DNA of 64,000 bases from an uncultured Clostridia bacterium (lineage in GTDB: Bacteria; Bacillota; Clostridia; Christensenellales; UBA1242): NCBI GenBank assembly GCA_937895935.1, contig CALBKX010000004.1, positions 99 through 64,098 of the forward strand. Direction: 5' to 3'. Position numbers and translations under genes: made by a program. The notes beneath the pieces are model-generated. The model was not told the origin of the DNA and did no database searches. It saw only the letters and a program-made list of their open reading frames with translations. Of this stretch, positions 48,126 to 58,733 are shown in pieces (the first letter of the stretch is position 1; the number at the start of each line of letters is the position of its first letter).

Positions 48126-48368
48126 TTAATTTATATCAAATTTTGTTCTTTCAAATACATTACTATTAAAAAATTCTTGGAAAGTTATATGAAATGCATC
48201 AGATATTTTAATTATGGTATCTAATTTAATGCTGGTGTATTTTTCATTAATAATATTTGAAATGGCTTGCTTAGTAAGTCCTGAGTTTACGCTTAATGCA
48301 TATTGTGACATATTATTTTTAATTAATAACTCACTTATTCGTAAAGCGACTGCTTTTTGTGTTGTCAT
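48126..48368 (-). CDS. XRE-family HTH regulator (80 aa)
   Basis: AGGAAG RBS. MSQYALSVNSGLTKQAISNIINEK matches the HTH_3 pattern. Confidence 0.75.
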   Translation of the reverse strand: MTTQKAVALRISELLIKNNMSQYALSVNSGLTKQAISNIINEKYTSIKLDTIIKISDAFHITFQEFFNSNVFERTKFDIN

Positions 48369-48391
48369 AAATTCTTCCTATTTTAATTATT

Positions 48392-48637
48392 TTATACAAT
48401 GTCCAAATTATCGGCTAAAAAATCTGGTGAATCTAAAAATTCACTAGGCGTTAAATTTAGCCCATTTGATAAAAGTATTATGGTTTTTAATGAAATTCCA
48501 TTTGTCCTTCTTTGCATAATACTTTTTATTGTCGGAAATGGTACACCACTCAGCATTGCTAATTTATACTGAGTTAAATTTTTTTCATTCATATATTTGC
48601 ATAATCTATCAACAACTACATCGTTAAGTTTTTTCAT
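48392..48637 (-). CDS. XRE-family HTH regulator (81 aa), tandem paralog
   Basis: GGAGATAGG RBS before ATG 48637 (track ORF extends to 48649). LTQYKLAMLSGVPFPTIKSIMQRR matches the HTH pattern. Confidence 0.75.
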   Translation of the reverse strand: MKKLNDVVVDRLCKYMNEKNLTQYKLAMLSGVPFPTIKSIMQRRTNGISLKTIILLSNGLNLTPSEFLDSPDFLADNLDIV

Positions 48638-49015
48638 ACCTATCTCCATAATATAATTTTAACCTTTGATGTAAAAAATATTAGGATGACACATCATTCT
48701 TTTTGGTTGACAGATAATCCTATTTATAACTATACTTAATAAATGAATATTAAAATTTTTTTATCGGATGCATAAAGTCTAAAAATAAATACAAACTCAG
48801 TAAAAATAAATCATTATTTATATCTAATTCAATATTTCAATCAAAATTAAATTATATAAGCGATAGCATCAAAAAAAGTCAAAATAATACTGGTGCATAC
48901 ATTTTTTAATGGTTAATTAATCTTTCTCGAATGATTTTTATTATAATGTTGTTTAGGTTTTAGTGAACACATTTTTGAAATTGTGAAAGTTTTTGTTTTA
49001 AAATTTATTTGTTTG

Positions 49016-49024
49016 TGCTACAAT
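49016..49024 (+). promoter_or_regulatory. extended -10 box placed for a leaderless pcrA transcript
   Basis: TGcTACAAT ends 6 nt before ATG 49031. There is no purine-rich SD between them. Confidence 0.4.
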
Positions 49025-49030
49025 ACTCTC

Positions 49031-51295
49031 ATGAAAATTTTAGACTCACTTAATGAAGAACAGCAAAAAGCACTCCTTAGTATTGATGGAGCAAATTTAG
49101 TATCTGCAGGTGCAGGCACAGGAAAAACAAGATTATTAACCCATAGAATAGCTTATCTTATTGAAGTTTTACACGTAAACCCATACAATATTTTAGCAAT
49201 TACTTTTACAAATAAAGCTGCAAATGAAATGAAGAGCAGAGTTGAGGCTTTGGTGGAAGGTGGGAATAGGGTTTGGATTTCTACTTTTCATAGTATGTGT
49301 GTTAGAATTTTAAGAGGAGATATTGAAAAATTAGGTCAAGGATATGACCGCAATTTTACTATATATTCTGACACAGATAGTGAAAAAGTTTTAAAAGCAA
49401 TTTTAAAAGATTTTGGAATTGATGATGATGTTAAAAAATTTAGTTTTCATATTTCAAATTGCAAAAATAAAAATATGGACATTTTAACATACAAAAAGGA
49501 AAATGAATTTTTACGAGAAATTGATGAAGTAGTTAGAGTTTATAATGAGTATGAAAAAAGGCTTAGGGAAAGCAATGCATTGGATTTTGATGACCTTTTA
49601 ATAAAAACTTATATGTTACTTAAAAATTGTAATGAAGTTTTAGATTTTTATTCTAGAAGATTTGAATATGTTTTGGTTGATGAATTTCAAGATACAAATA
49701 AAATTCAATATGATTTAACAAAAATGTTGTGTAGTGTTCATAAAAATTTATTTGTTGTGGGGGATGAAGACCAATCAATTTATTCTTGGAGAGGTGCGGA
49801 TTTTACAAATATATTTAATATTTCAAATGATTTTGCAAATACGCATATATTTAAGTTGCAACAAAATTATAGATGTTCAAAAGACATATTAGATAAAGCA
49901 AACACGTTGATTTCTTTAAATGATGAACGTTTTGATAAAAAACTATGGACAAACAAAGAAACTAGTGAAAAGGTTGATTACAAAAACTATTATGATGAAC
50001 AAGAAGAAGCAAATAGTGTTGCAAGTACAATTTGTTCGTTGACATCAAAATATGGCTATAAATATAGTGATATTGCAATTTTAGTTCGATTAAATGCTTT
50101 AACTTTGCCATTTGAGGAAAAATTACTTGCGTATAACATTCCTCATAAAATATATGGGGGATTTAAATTCTTTGAACGTGTTGAAATAAAAAATATACTT
50201 TCTTATTTAAGAATTTTTATTAATCCTAAAGACGAAGTTTCGCTTATGAGAATAATAAATTTTCCAAAGCGAGGAGTTGGGGAAGGAGCGATTAATTTAA
50301 TCAAGGAAATTTCAAAAGCATATAAGGTTTCAATGCTAGATGTGATTTTAAATTTACCTATTTATCCTGAAGCAAAAAAATTAATGCCAAAATTAACGAA
50401 CTTTATGGATACATATAACAATTTAAAGAATGAGTATAATAATTTATCTTTAGATGATTTTGTTTTACGAGTTATTGATGATTTTAAAATAAGAGATGCT
50501 TTTCCTAAGGATAGTGACGAAAGCACTGACAAATTAATGAATATTGACCAATTTGAAAATTCTGTAAAAATGTTTGTTGAAAATAATCCTGATAGTACTA
50601 TTGCTGACTATTTAGAAAGCGTTACGCTTCAAAGTGATATGGATACAATGTCGGACGAGGACAATGTAACAGTTGCCACGGTTCACGCAGTTAAAGGATT
50701 GGAATTTAAAGTTGTGTTTGTAGTTGGTCTTGAAGAGGGAGTTTTCCCACTTTCAAGGAGTTTAGAAAACAAGAAGGAACTCCAAGAAGAAAGAAGGCTT
50801 GCTTATGTTGCTTACACTAGAGCGGGTGAACGTCTTTATGTGTCTTCTTGCAAAACTAGATATTTGTATGGTAGGCGTAACTATGAAAGAGAAAGTCGTT
50901 TTATTGCAGAAGCAGGGCTAATGAAAGCAAGACCTAAAAAAATATTTGAATTTGATGATGATTATTCATCAAAAAATGAAAATGGCTTTAAGGATAGTTT
51001 TTCAAAAACGACCATATCACCTTTTTCAACTGGTTACAATACCAAAACTAATGATTTTAAGTCTACATTTATTCCAAAACCTAATAAATCTAATTATGTA
51101 GATATAAATAAAAGTGATAATAGTGTCGATATTGACAAATATAAAGTGGGACAAGTTGTTGGTCATCCTAAGTTTGGTGTAGGAACAATAATATCAATAA
51201 CATCCAATGGAAAAATTGCCGATATTGATTTTGGTGCATTAGGGAAAAAATCTTTGATGTTAGAAATTGCACCACTTAAAATTATTAAAGGATGA
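49031..51295 (+). CDS. pcrA: ATP-dependent DNA helicase PcrA/UvrD
   Basis: Motifs AGAGTGKT, LAITFTNKAANEM, VDEFQDTN and TVHAVKGLEF. ATG 49031 (MKILDSLNEEQ) is preferred over GTG 48983. Confidence 0.92.
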   Translation: MKILDSLNEEQQKALLSIDGANLVSAGAGTGKTRLLTHRIAYLIEVLHVNPYNILAITFTNKAANEMKSRVEALVEGGNRVWISTFHSMCVRILRGDIEKLGQGYDRNFTIYSDTDSEKVLKAILKDFGIDDDVKKFSFHISNCKNKNMDILTYKKENEFLREIDEVVRVYNEYEKRLRESNALDFDDLLIKTYMLLKNCNEVLDFYSRRFEYVLVDEFQDTNKIQYDLTKMLCSVHKNLFVVGDEDQSIYSWRGADFTNIFNISNDFANTHIFKLQQNYRCSKDILDKANTLISLNDERFDKKLWTNKETSEKVDYKNYYDEQEEANSVASTICSLTSKYGYKYSDIAILVRLNALTLPFEEKLLAYNIPHKIYGGFKFFERVEIKNILSYLRIFINPKDEVSLMRIINFPKRGVGEGAINLIKEISKAYKVSMLDVILNLPIYPEAKKLMPKLTNFMDTYNNLKNEYNNLSLDDFVLRVIDDFKIRDAFPKDSDESTDKLMNIDQFENSVKMFVENNPDSTIADYLESVTLQSDMDTMSDEDNVTVATVHAVKGLEFKVVFVVGLEEGVFPLSRSLENKKELQEERRLAYVAYTRAGERLYVSSCKTRYLYGRRNYERESRFIAEAGLMKARPKKIFEFDDDYSSKNENGFKDSFSKTTISPFSTGYNTKTNDFKSTFIPKPNKSNYVDINKSDNSVDIDKYKVGQVVGHPKFGVGTIISITSNGKIADIDFGALGKKSLMLEIAPLKIIKG

Positions 51296-51330
51296 GTTGT
51301 AAAACTTAAGAAATTTTAAAGTATAAAATA

Positions 51331-51362
51331 AAAAATAGCATTTTTTGTATGCTATTTTTTTG
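51331..51362 (+). terminator. intrinsic terminator
   Basis: AAAAATAGCAT / ATGCTATTTTT. Confidence 0.65.
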
Positions 51363-51384
51363 CTTTTATGGTAATATATTTATT

Positions 51385-53331
51385 ATGGATAGAATGAATT
51401 GGCTTGTAGAAGAATTAAACAAGCATTGTTATAATTATTATGTTTTGGATAACCCTACTATTTCGGATGCAGATTTTGATAAACTATATGATGAACTTTT
51501 GGGACTTGAGAAAGAGTCGGGTGTGGTGCTTGATAACTCTCCAACAAAAAGAGTAGGCGGACAAGTTTTAGAAGGTTTTGTTAAACGCACGCATAAATTT
51601 AGAATGTATAGTTTAGATAAATGTCGTAGTTTTGAAGATTTAACAAATTTTATAAATGATATAAAAAAAGTAGAAAAAAACGCAACTTTCACACTTGGTT
51701 ATAAATATGATGGACTTACAATTGTAATTAGTTATAAAAATGGTTTATATGAAAGTGCCACAACTAGAGGAAATGGATTTGTGGGGGAAGATGTTACAGA
51801 GCAGGTTAAAACTATTAAAAGTGTTCCATTAAAAATTAATTTTAAAGGTGAGTTGATTGTTTCTGGCGAAGGGATGATTACTAATAAAAATTTGGAAAAA
51901 TATAATAAATCATCAAATGAACCTTTAAAAAATGCTAGAAATGCTGTAAGTGGTGCAATAAGAAATTTAGATCCAAAAGAAACCGCAAAACGAAACTTGG
52001 ATTTTTATTGCTACAATGTTGTTTATGCAGAAGGTAAATCTTTTAAAACTCAAGTTGAAATGAACGAGTTTATTAAATCTAATAATTTTTTAGGTGAGCC
52101 ATATTCTATGGTTTTATCCTCAGCCGAAGAAATTTGTAAAGAAATTGAAAAAGTAGATAAAATTAAAACAGATCTTGGTATTTTAATTGATGGAATGGTG
52201 GTAAAATTAAATGAGATTCCACTAAGAGATGAATTTGGATACACAAGCAAATTCCCTAAATGGGCAATGGCTTACAAATTTGAAGCGCAAGAAGTTACAA
52301 GTATTTTACAAAACGTGACTTGGCAGGTTGGTAGAACGGGAAAAGTAACTCCTATTGCTGAAATTGAACCTGTTGAACTTGCAGGAGCAACAGTAAAGAG
52401 GGCAACATTAAATAATTATGGAGATATATTAAGGAAACAAATTCAAATTAATGCTAGAGTATTTGTAAGACGTAGCAATGAGGTTATTCCAGAAATTTTG
52501 GGACTTGCTGAACTCTTGCCAGATAGTAAAAAAATAGAAAAGCCAAGCGTTTGTCCTTGTTGTAAAACAGAGTTGGTGGAAAAAGGTGCACTACTATTTT
52601 GCCCAAACAGAAAAGGTTGCAAGGAACAAGTTGTTGATAGATTAACTCATTTTTCAAGTAGAGATGCAATGAACATAGAGGGGTTAAGCGACCAAACTTG
52701 TTTGCAACTTTATAACACTTTAGGAATATACGAACCTAGTGAACTTTATTCTTTAACTAAGGAAAATTTACTAAAATTAGATAAATTTAAAGAGAAAAAA
52801 GCAGAAAATATCTTGAAATCATTAGAAAAATCTAAAAATGTAACATTAAACAATTTTATTTATGCTATAGGAATTGCAAATGTTGGAACAAAAACCGCTA
52901 AAGATTTATCAAAATATTTTGGTAGTTTAGAAAACTTACGAAAAGCCAGTATTGACGAATTGTCCTCGATTAGAGATATTGGTGAAATAGTTGCAAACTC
53001 AATTATTGAATTTTTTAAAGATGATTTTAACAACAAAATGATTGATGATTTGATAAATGTTGGAATCAATATCGAGGAATCAAAAAAAATACAAGGGGGA
53101 GTGTTTGAAGGTAAAACATTTGTTTTGACTGGTACTCTTGAAAAATTAACAAGGCTTGAGGCAACAGATATAATTGAACAAAATGGAGGAAATGTTTCTT
53201 CAAGTGTTTCTAAAAATACTTCATTTGTTTTGGCAGGTGAAAATGCTGGAAGTAAACTTGAAAAAGCAAAAAAACTTGGTATTTTGATAATATCTGAGAA
53301 AGAATTTGATGAAATGGTTAAAAAAATTTAA
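51385..53331 (+). CDS. ligA: NAD-dependent DNA ligase
   Basis: KYDG adenylation motif (LGYKYDGLTIV), the Cys4 zinc finger CPCC..CPN..C, and a C-terminal BRCT (GKTFVLTGTL). The start is taken at ATG 51385 (alternative 51394). Confidence 0.92.
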   Translation: MDRMNWLVEELNKHCYNYYVLDNPTISDADFDKLYDELLGLEKESGVVLDNSPTKRVGGQVLEGFVKRTHKFRMYSLDKCRSFEDLTNFINDIKKVEKNATFTLGYKYDGLTIVISYKNGLYESATTRGNGFVGEDVTEQVKTIKSVPLKINFKGELIVSGEGMITNKNLEKYNKSSNEPLKNARNAVSGAIRNLDPKETAKRNLDFYCYNVVYAEGKSFKTQVEMNEFIKSNNFLGEPYSMVLSSAEEICKEIEKVDKIKTDLGILIDGMVVKLNEIPLRDEFGYTSKFPKWAMAYKFEAQEVTSILQNVTWQVGRTGKVTPIAEIEPVELAGATVKRATLNNYGDILRKQIQINARVFVRRSNEVIPEILGLAELLPDSKKIEKPSVCPCCKTELVEKGALLFCPNRKGCKEQVVDRLTHFSSRDAMNIEGLSDQTCLQLYNTLGIYEPSELYSLTKENLLKLDKFKEKKAENILKSLEKSKNVTLNNFIYAIGIANVGTKTAKDLSKYFGSLENLRKASIDELSSIRDIGEIVANSIIEFFKDDFNNKMIDDLINVGINIEESKKIQGGVFEGKTFVLTGTLEKLTRLEATDIIEQNGGNVSSSVSKNTSFVLAGENAGSKLEKAKKLGILIISEKEFDEMVKKI

Positions 53332-53402
53332 AAAAGTATATACATTTTTTTAATCTTATGTTATAATGGCTTGTAAAATAAATTTTTAGAGGTAATTAAT
53401 TT

Positions 53403-53606
53403 ATGATGAACAGACCACCAATTGATGAATTGGCACAAAAAACAGATAATAACAAATATAAACTTTCTATATTAATGGCAAAAAGAGCAAAAGAACTTGA
53501 AAAACGCCATATTGAAAATGACCCTAATTATGAAAATAAAAAATGTATCGCTGCCGCAGCGGATGAAATTTACGAAGGAAAAGTTATCCCAAGCGATCAC
53601 CAATAA
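53403..53606 (+). CDS. rpoZ: DNA-directed RNA polymerase subunit omega
   Basis: The NKYKLSILMAKRAKEL motif in a 67-aa protein, with an AGAGGT RBS. Confidence 0.8.
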   Translation: MMNRPPIDELAQKTDNNKYKLSILMAKRAKELEKRHIENDPNYENKKCIAAAADEIYEGKVIPSDHQ

Positions 53607-53620
53607 TTATGATTGTTTAA

Positions 53621-53648
53621 ACGGGGTAGTTTCTACTCCGTATTTTTC
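53621..53648 (+). terminator. intrinsic terminator
   Basis: ACGGGGTAG ttt CTACTCCGT stem followed by a T-run. Confidence 0.7.
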
Positions 53649-53757
53649 TTTTTAAAAAGAATATTAAATGATAATTTAAATCGTAGTAGACTAGTATGCA
53701 AAATTAATTCATATATTTTGCTTTTAACAAATATGTAACTATTAATAAAGGTTTTTT

Positions 53758-54693
53758 ATGAAATTAAATAATTCAATAAAATTAGCAATAGCAAATTTTG
53801 CTTTGTTTTGGAAATTATTATTATATAAAATTGTTGCACTAGGCTTAGGGTGTATATTTCTTTTACCTATATTAAATATTTTAAAAAATACTTTTACTGC
53901 TTCAGGTTTAATTGATGTAATTAAAGAATTTTTTATTGCACCTGCTTTTCAAAGTGTGACAAAAATCACAAATCAAGTATTAAGTGTTTTTCAAACTTTT
54001 TTTGCTGGAATTGTTGGTTTAGCTAATAATAATGTTTTCGCTCTCATATATTTGGCAATAATAATAATGATAGTTATTCCATTTTTATTTAAATTAAGCG
54101 ATGTACCTGCAAGCGAAGTGGTTTATAGTTATATGTCTAGTTTAAATAAAAACTCATTTACTATTAACTATATCAATATGTTTGGCAAGTCTGCTAGCTA
54201 TAGCATACTCCGAACGATCTTTGAAATCATATTCTGGACTGTTTTGTTTAGCGGAACATATGGATTATTGCTTTTGGGAACGTTAAGCGATTTAATGTCA
54301 GTACTTTCCCCATTGTTGTTGTTTATTTTTATTGTCTTCTTATTTGCATTAAATAGTTCATTTTATAATGGTTGGGCGCCAAGTATCGTAGTTTTTAATT
54401 GTTGTGCTCTTAAAGGATTTAAAAAAGGCATCAAAGCTATTAAAAGAAATTTCTTCTCTATTTTATCTAGTTTCACTGTTTGTATGACTGTTTTTGTTTG
54501 CTTAACGTACATTTTTGGCATATATGGATTATTCTTAATTATACCTTTATCAGCTTTAATTTTATCTGTCTTTGGACAAGTTTTGTTTTTTGAAAGTCAA
54601 GGAATGAATTATTATTTAAGTCCAGATAAAATTATAAGTCCTAGAAAATTGGAATGTGCTGATAAAATAAAGCAAGTTAAAAACATAATTTAA
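53758..54693 (+). CDS. hypothetical polytopic membrane protein
   Basis: AAAGG RBS. About 6-7 hydrophobic helices. No recognised family. Confidence 0.6.
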   Translation: MKLNNSIKLAIANFALFWKLLLYKIVALGLGCIFLLPILNILKNTFTASGLIDVIKEFFIAPAFQSVTKITNQVLSVFQTFFAGIVGLANNNVFALIYLAIIIMIVIPFLFKLSDVPASEVVYSYMSSLNKNSFTINYINMFGKSASYSILRTIFEIIFWTVLFSGTYGLLLLGTLSDLMSVLSPLLLFIFIVFLFALNSSFYNGWAPSIVVFNCCALKGFKKGIKAIKRNFFSILSSFTVCMTVFVCLTYIFGIYGLFLIIPLSALILSVFGQVLFFESQGMNYYLSPDKIISPRKLECADKIKQVKNII

Positions 54694-55025
54694 AAATTAA
54701 AATTTTTAAGCAAGTGCAAAATTTTTGCATTTGATTAAAAGTTTTTAAATATAACTAAAAATTTTTAATTTAAGTTGGTATAGTTTTTAATTAACACTTA
54801 GATTATGTTTTTTTGATGTGTAAATATTTTGCTGCAAATTTAATTTCAAATTTGTTTAATGACCGCAAAAGTATATCATTTTAGTGGTTTAGCATCAATG
54901 GCTTAAACATAAGAATTGTTTCACTTTGTGCAAAAGCACTTTTTGAAATTCTTTTAAAATACTTAATTACTATTAAAAACAACTTAAAAAAAATAAAAAA
55001 ATAACTTAAAAAAGGAGAATATAAA

Positions 55026-56687
55026 ATGGCAGAAAAAGAAAAAGTAAAAATTACATTCTTAGGAGGTGTTGGGGAAATTGGTAAAAATATGACCGCCTTT
55101 GAATATAAAGATGAAATTATTGTTTTGGACGCAGGTTTAACATTTCCAGATGATGACCTTCCGGGTGTTGACATTGTGGTACCTGACATATCATATCTTG
55201 TTGCAAATAAATCAAAAGTTAAAGCAATTATTTTAACTCACGGACACGAGGACCATATTGGAGGACTTCCATTCTTGCTTCCTGAGATAAATGTTCCAGT
55301 TTATGGAAGTAGACTTACTTTGGGACTAGTTGAAAATAAGTTAAAAGAATATCCAAAAATTAAAGCAAAACTTATTTCAGTTAAACCAAAAAATGTTTTA
55401 AAAATAGGTTCTTTTGCAATCGAATTTATTCACGTTAACCATAGTATAGCTGGAGCAATGGGTGTTTGTATTTCAACTCCCGCTGGCAATATTGTTCATA
55501 CTGGTGACTTTAAGGTGGATTTTGAAGCAATTGACGGACAAACAACTGACCTTGAACGCTTTGGTGAACTTGGGAAAAAAGGTGTTAATCTTTTAATGTG
55601 TGAGTCAACAAACGTTTGCAGAAAAGGTTATTCAATGAGTGAGCGTAGGGTTGGGGATACACTAGACAGACTTTTCGCAGAGCATAAAGAAAACAGATTG
55701 TTTGTTGCAACTTTTGCTTCAAATATTCATCGTTTACAACAAATTATGAATCTTGCTGAAAAATATGGCAGAAAAATTTCATTCACGGGAAGAAGTATGA
55801 AAAATGTTTCTGAAGTTGCAATGAAACTTGGTGAATTAAAATATAACAAAGAAAATGTTATAGACATCGAAAAAGTTGATAAATTTGCCGATAAAGAACT
55901 TTTAATTATAACAACTGGAAGTCAAGGTGAGCCAATGAGCGCCTTAACAAGAATGGCGGCAAACGAGTTTAAAAAAGTAACTCTTGGAGAAAATGATTGT
56001 ATAATAATTTCCGCATCACCAATTCCTGGTAATGAAAAATCCGTTTATGGTGTTATAAACAAATTATTTAAAAAGGGTGCTGATGTTATTTATGACGAAC
56101 TTGCAGATGTTCACGCATCAGGACACGCTTGCCAAGAAGAAATAAAATTAATTCATTCGCTTGTAAAACCTAAATGTTTTATGCCTGTTCATGGTGAATA
56201 TAGACATTTAAAAACACATAAAGAAATTGCTATGGCTCTTGGTTGTGACGGAAGAAATATTATTTTACCAGACCTTGGAATGCAAGTAGAAATGACACAA
56301 GGACATATCAAAGTTTGTGGTAGAATAAATGCTGGACAACGTCTAGTTGATGGTCTTGGTATTGGTGATATGGATTCAAGTGTTTTAAGAGATAGAAAAC
56401 AATTGTCAGAAGAGGGAATATGTGTAACCGTTTTAAATTTAAGTTCAATAAATGGTGAAATCAGTAGCGACCCATTCTTAATCACTAGAGGAGTGGTTTA
56501 TTCTGGTGAGCAAGAGAAGTTTATGCAAGATGCTAAAGAGATGTTAATTAACTATTTAAAAGAACAAGACATTAAAGATATGGATCCAAATCTCTTAAAA
56601 CAAAATGTTAGACGTCAAATGCAAAATTTTATATTTAAACGTACTGCTAGAAGACCTATGATTTTAACTATAGTATTTTACGATTAG
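55026..56687 (+). CDS. rnj: ribonuclease J
   Basis: The metallo-beta-lactamase motif THGHEDHIGG, plus beta-CASP and a C-terminal domain. 553 aa. AAGGAG RBS. Confidence 0.92.
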   Translation: MAEKEKVKITFLGGVGEIGKNMTAFEYKDEIIVLDAGLTFPDDDLPGVDIVVPDISYLVANKSKVKAIILTHGHEDHIGGLPFLLPEINVPVYGSRLTLGLVENKLKEYPKIKAKLISVKPKNVLKIGSFAIEFIHVNHSIAGAMGVCISTPAGNIVHTGDFKVDFEAIDGQTTDLERFGELGKKGVNLLMCESTNVCRKGYSMSERRVGDTLDRLFAEHKENRLFVATFASNIHRLQQIMNLAEKYGRKISFTGRSMKNVSEVAMKLGELKYNKENVIDIEKVDKFADKELLIITTGSQGEPMSALTRMAANEFKKVTLGENDCIIISASPIPGNEKSVYGVINKLFKKGADVIYDELADVHASGHACQEEIKLIHSLVKPKCFMPVHGEYRHLKTHKEIAMALGCDGRNIILPDLGMQVEMTQGHIKVCGRINAGQRLVDGLGIGDMDSSVLRDRKQLSEEGICVTVLNLSSINGEISSDPFLITRGVVYSGEQEKFMQDAKEMLINYLKEQDIKDMDPNLLKQNVRRQMQNFIFKRTARRPMILTIVFYD

Positions 56688-56695
56688 GAATATTT

Positions 56696-57286
56696 ATGGA
56701 ATATTTAGATGAATTAGAAAAATTAGCTCGAAAAAATCATATCCCAGTTTTATTAGATGATAGTGCAAAATTCCTTTATGATTTTGTACAAAAAAAACAA
56801 TTTAAAAATATATTAGAAATTGGAACCGCTATTGGCTATTCTGGAAGCATTATGCTTTTAGCAAGCGAAAATGCGGAACTGACAACTATTGAGTTAAACG
56901 AAGATAGTTTCATTAAAGCAACACAAACATTCGCACACTTAAAATTAAATAAAAGAGTACAACAAATTTTAGGTGATGGATATGAAAAGATAGTGGATTT
57001 AAATTCTTTAGGAAAAAAGTACGATTTAATATTTTTAGATGGACCCAAAGGACAATATTTGAAATATTATTCTGTGTTACTGCAAATGCTAGAGGAAAAT
57101 GGATGCTTACTTGTTGATAATGTTTTATTCCACGGATTGGTTCGTTCTAATGAAGATGTAGGGCATAAAAAAAGAGCTATGATAACAAAACTCCGTAAAT
57201 TTTTAAATGAAATTGAAACTCGAAAAGATTTAAAAACCACAATTCATGAAATAGGTGATGGAGTGGCAGAAATATATAAAATATAA
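56696..57286 (+). CDS. class I SAM-dependent O-methyltransferase (YrrM/TrmR-like)
   Basis: ILEIGTAIGYSG and FLDGPKGQY match the Methyltransf_3 pattern. Confidence 0.75.
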   Translation: MEYLDELEKLARKNHIPVLLDDSAKFLYDFVQKKQFKNILEIGTAIGYSGSIMLLASENAELTTIELNEDSFIKATQTFAHLKLNKRVQQILGDGYEKIVDLNSLGKKYDLIFLDGPKGQYLKYYSVLLQMLEENGCLLVDNVLFHGLVRSNEDVGHKKRAMITKLRKFLNEIETRKDLKTTIHEIGDGVAEIYKI

Positions 57287-57298
57287 AAAATATTAAAA

Positions 57299-57346
57299 AA
57301 ATATGGTAAAAATCAAAAAAAATTAAATTTTTACCATATTTTTTTA
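57299..57346 (+). terminator. intrinsic terminator
   Basis: AATATGGTAAAAAT / ATTTTTACCATATT stem followed by a T-run. Confidence 0.75.
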
Positions 57347-57515
57347 TGTTTTTTATCAAGAAAATATCGTTCAACATTTGGCATAATTTAAAACCGACAT
57401 AAAAAGCAAAGCATGTTTGTTGCGTACACGTTAATTTGACATCCCTTTTGTGTTAACAAAAACATTAATGTAAGTAAAACTTTCAAAATTGAAAGTTTTG
57501 ATATTGTTTTACATT

Positions 57516-58409
57516 TTAATTTTCGTCTTTTTCTTTATATTTTTCTTTTTTAGAAGAAATATATGCTTTTCTTTTTTCTTTAAATGATAAACAATCTTGT
57601 TTAAAATTTTTATGGTCAAAAATCATACACAATCCAAAACAAATAGGTGTCAAATATACAAAAGCAGGCACAATTAACCAAAACCAAGGCCAGTATTTTG
57701 TTTGACCTGCAAACTCACCATATGGAATGGTTTTAAAAATGCGAGGACAAAGTACTTCCAATATTTTTGCAAAACTATATGAACCCGGTCCCCATATTAA
57801 AGATGAATTTTTGTAATTAATATTCATAATATCATTTCCTCTAAGTGGAATAAAACCTAATTCACTTTGGAGAACTTGATTTAACATAATAAATAACATT
57901 ACACCTAAAAGATAAACTGGACACCATAAAACGCGTTTGTAACTTAATTTGTGCAATCCGAACATCACCATAAGGAGTGGAACGGCATAAAGCATTGTGT
58001 GGTGGAAATAAAAGCGAATAATATCTATCCATTCTGCACTTTGGTTTATTTTGCTTATTGGTTCTAGCGGAACTATTACAGAAATTAACCCGCCAAGCAG
58101 CCCTAAATAAAACATATAATCTTTTGCTCTATCATTTTTTGATAAAAAGAAAAAAGGGAAAAGTGCAATATTTGCTCCACAAATATTAATAAACCAAGAA
58201 TCTCTTAACATTCTTGAAATATCATTTGAATAAGGCGGATATAAAAATTTTGTAAAGTGGACAATTACCCCTGCAATTAATATACAAAAAAGGACGATTT
58301 TTTGAGTTTTTGGACTTTTTTTTCTAAGTAAAAAATATAATCCTATAAAAGAACCTATACTGATTATTACCCAAAACCAATACCAAAAATTAAACATTTG
58401 TATATTCAT
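57516..58409 (-). CDS. polytopic membrane protein (YwaF/TIGR02206-like)
   Basis: AAAAGG RBS. About 8 TM helices. The family assignment is tentative. Confidence 0.6.
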   Translation of the reverse strand: MNIQMFNFWYWFWVIISIGSFIGLYFLLRKKSPKTQKIVLFCILIAGVIVHFTKFLYPPYSNDISRMLRDSWFINICGANIALFPFFFLSKNDRAKDYMFYLGLLGGLISVIVPLEPISKINQSAEWIDIIRFYFHHTMLYAVPLLMVMFGLHKLSYKRVLWCPVYLLGVMLFIMLNQVLQSELGFIPLRGNDIMNINYKNSSLIWGPGSYSFAKILEVLCPRIFKTIPYGEFAGQTKYWPWFWLIVPAFVYLTPICFGLCMIFDHKNFKQDCLSFKEKRKAYISSKKEKYKEKDEN

Positions 58410-58698
58410 AAATAAACCTTTTACCTATATGTAATAAGATGAAGTTGTACGCAAAATACTCGAAGGGATGTATGCTAGCAACTGATGTTCATATATAAGA
58501 AGGAACGAAAGAAAGTGTTTTTATGCTTGCATAACCAACACTTAAAATCGCGACACATATATTTCTTAATATTTAAACTGTGATACCGTTGATATTTTTT
58601 GCGGATTTGCGTTATCAAATTGATTTACTAATCAAAGTAGTATCTCATGGTTATTATTGTAACAAATATGATTAATTAAATCAATTTTTTTAAATAAC

Positions 58699-58727
58699 TT
58701 GCCAAGTGTAGGTTTTTGTGTTAGTAT
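58699..58727 (+). promoter_or_regulatory. promoter with extended -10 placed for a leaderless transcript
   Basis: TTGCCA, 17 nt spacer ending in TGt, then TAGTAT (58722..58727). ATG 58734 starts 6 nt later with no SD. Confidence 0.5.
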
Positions 58728-58733
58728 GAAATT

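Noticed and set aside
54881-55189. Track ORF of 102 aa on the minus strand overlapping the RNase J start.
   Set aside because: It is antisense to the rnj 5' end and its RBS, has no RBS of its own, and has a low-complexity composition.
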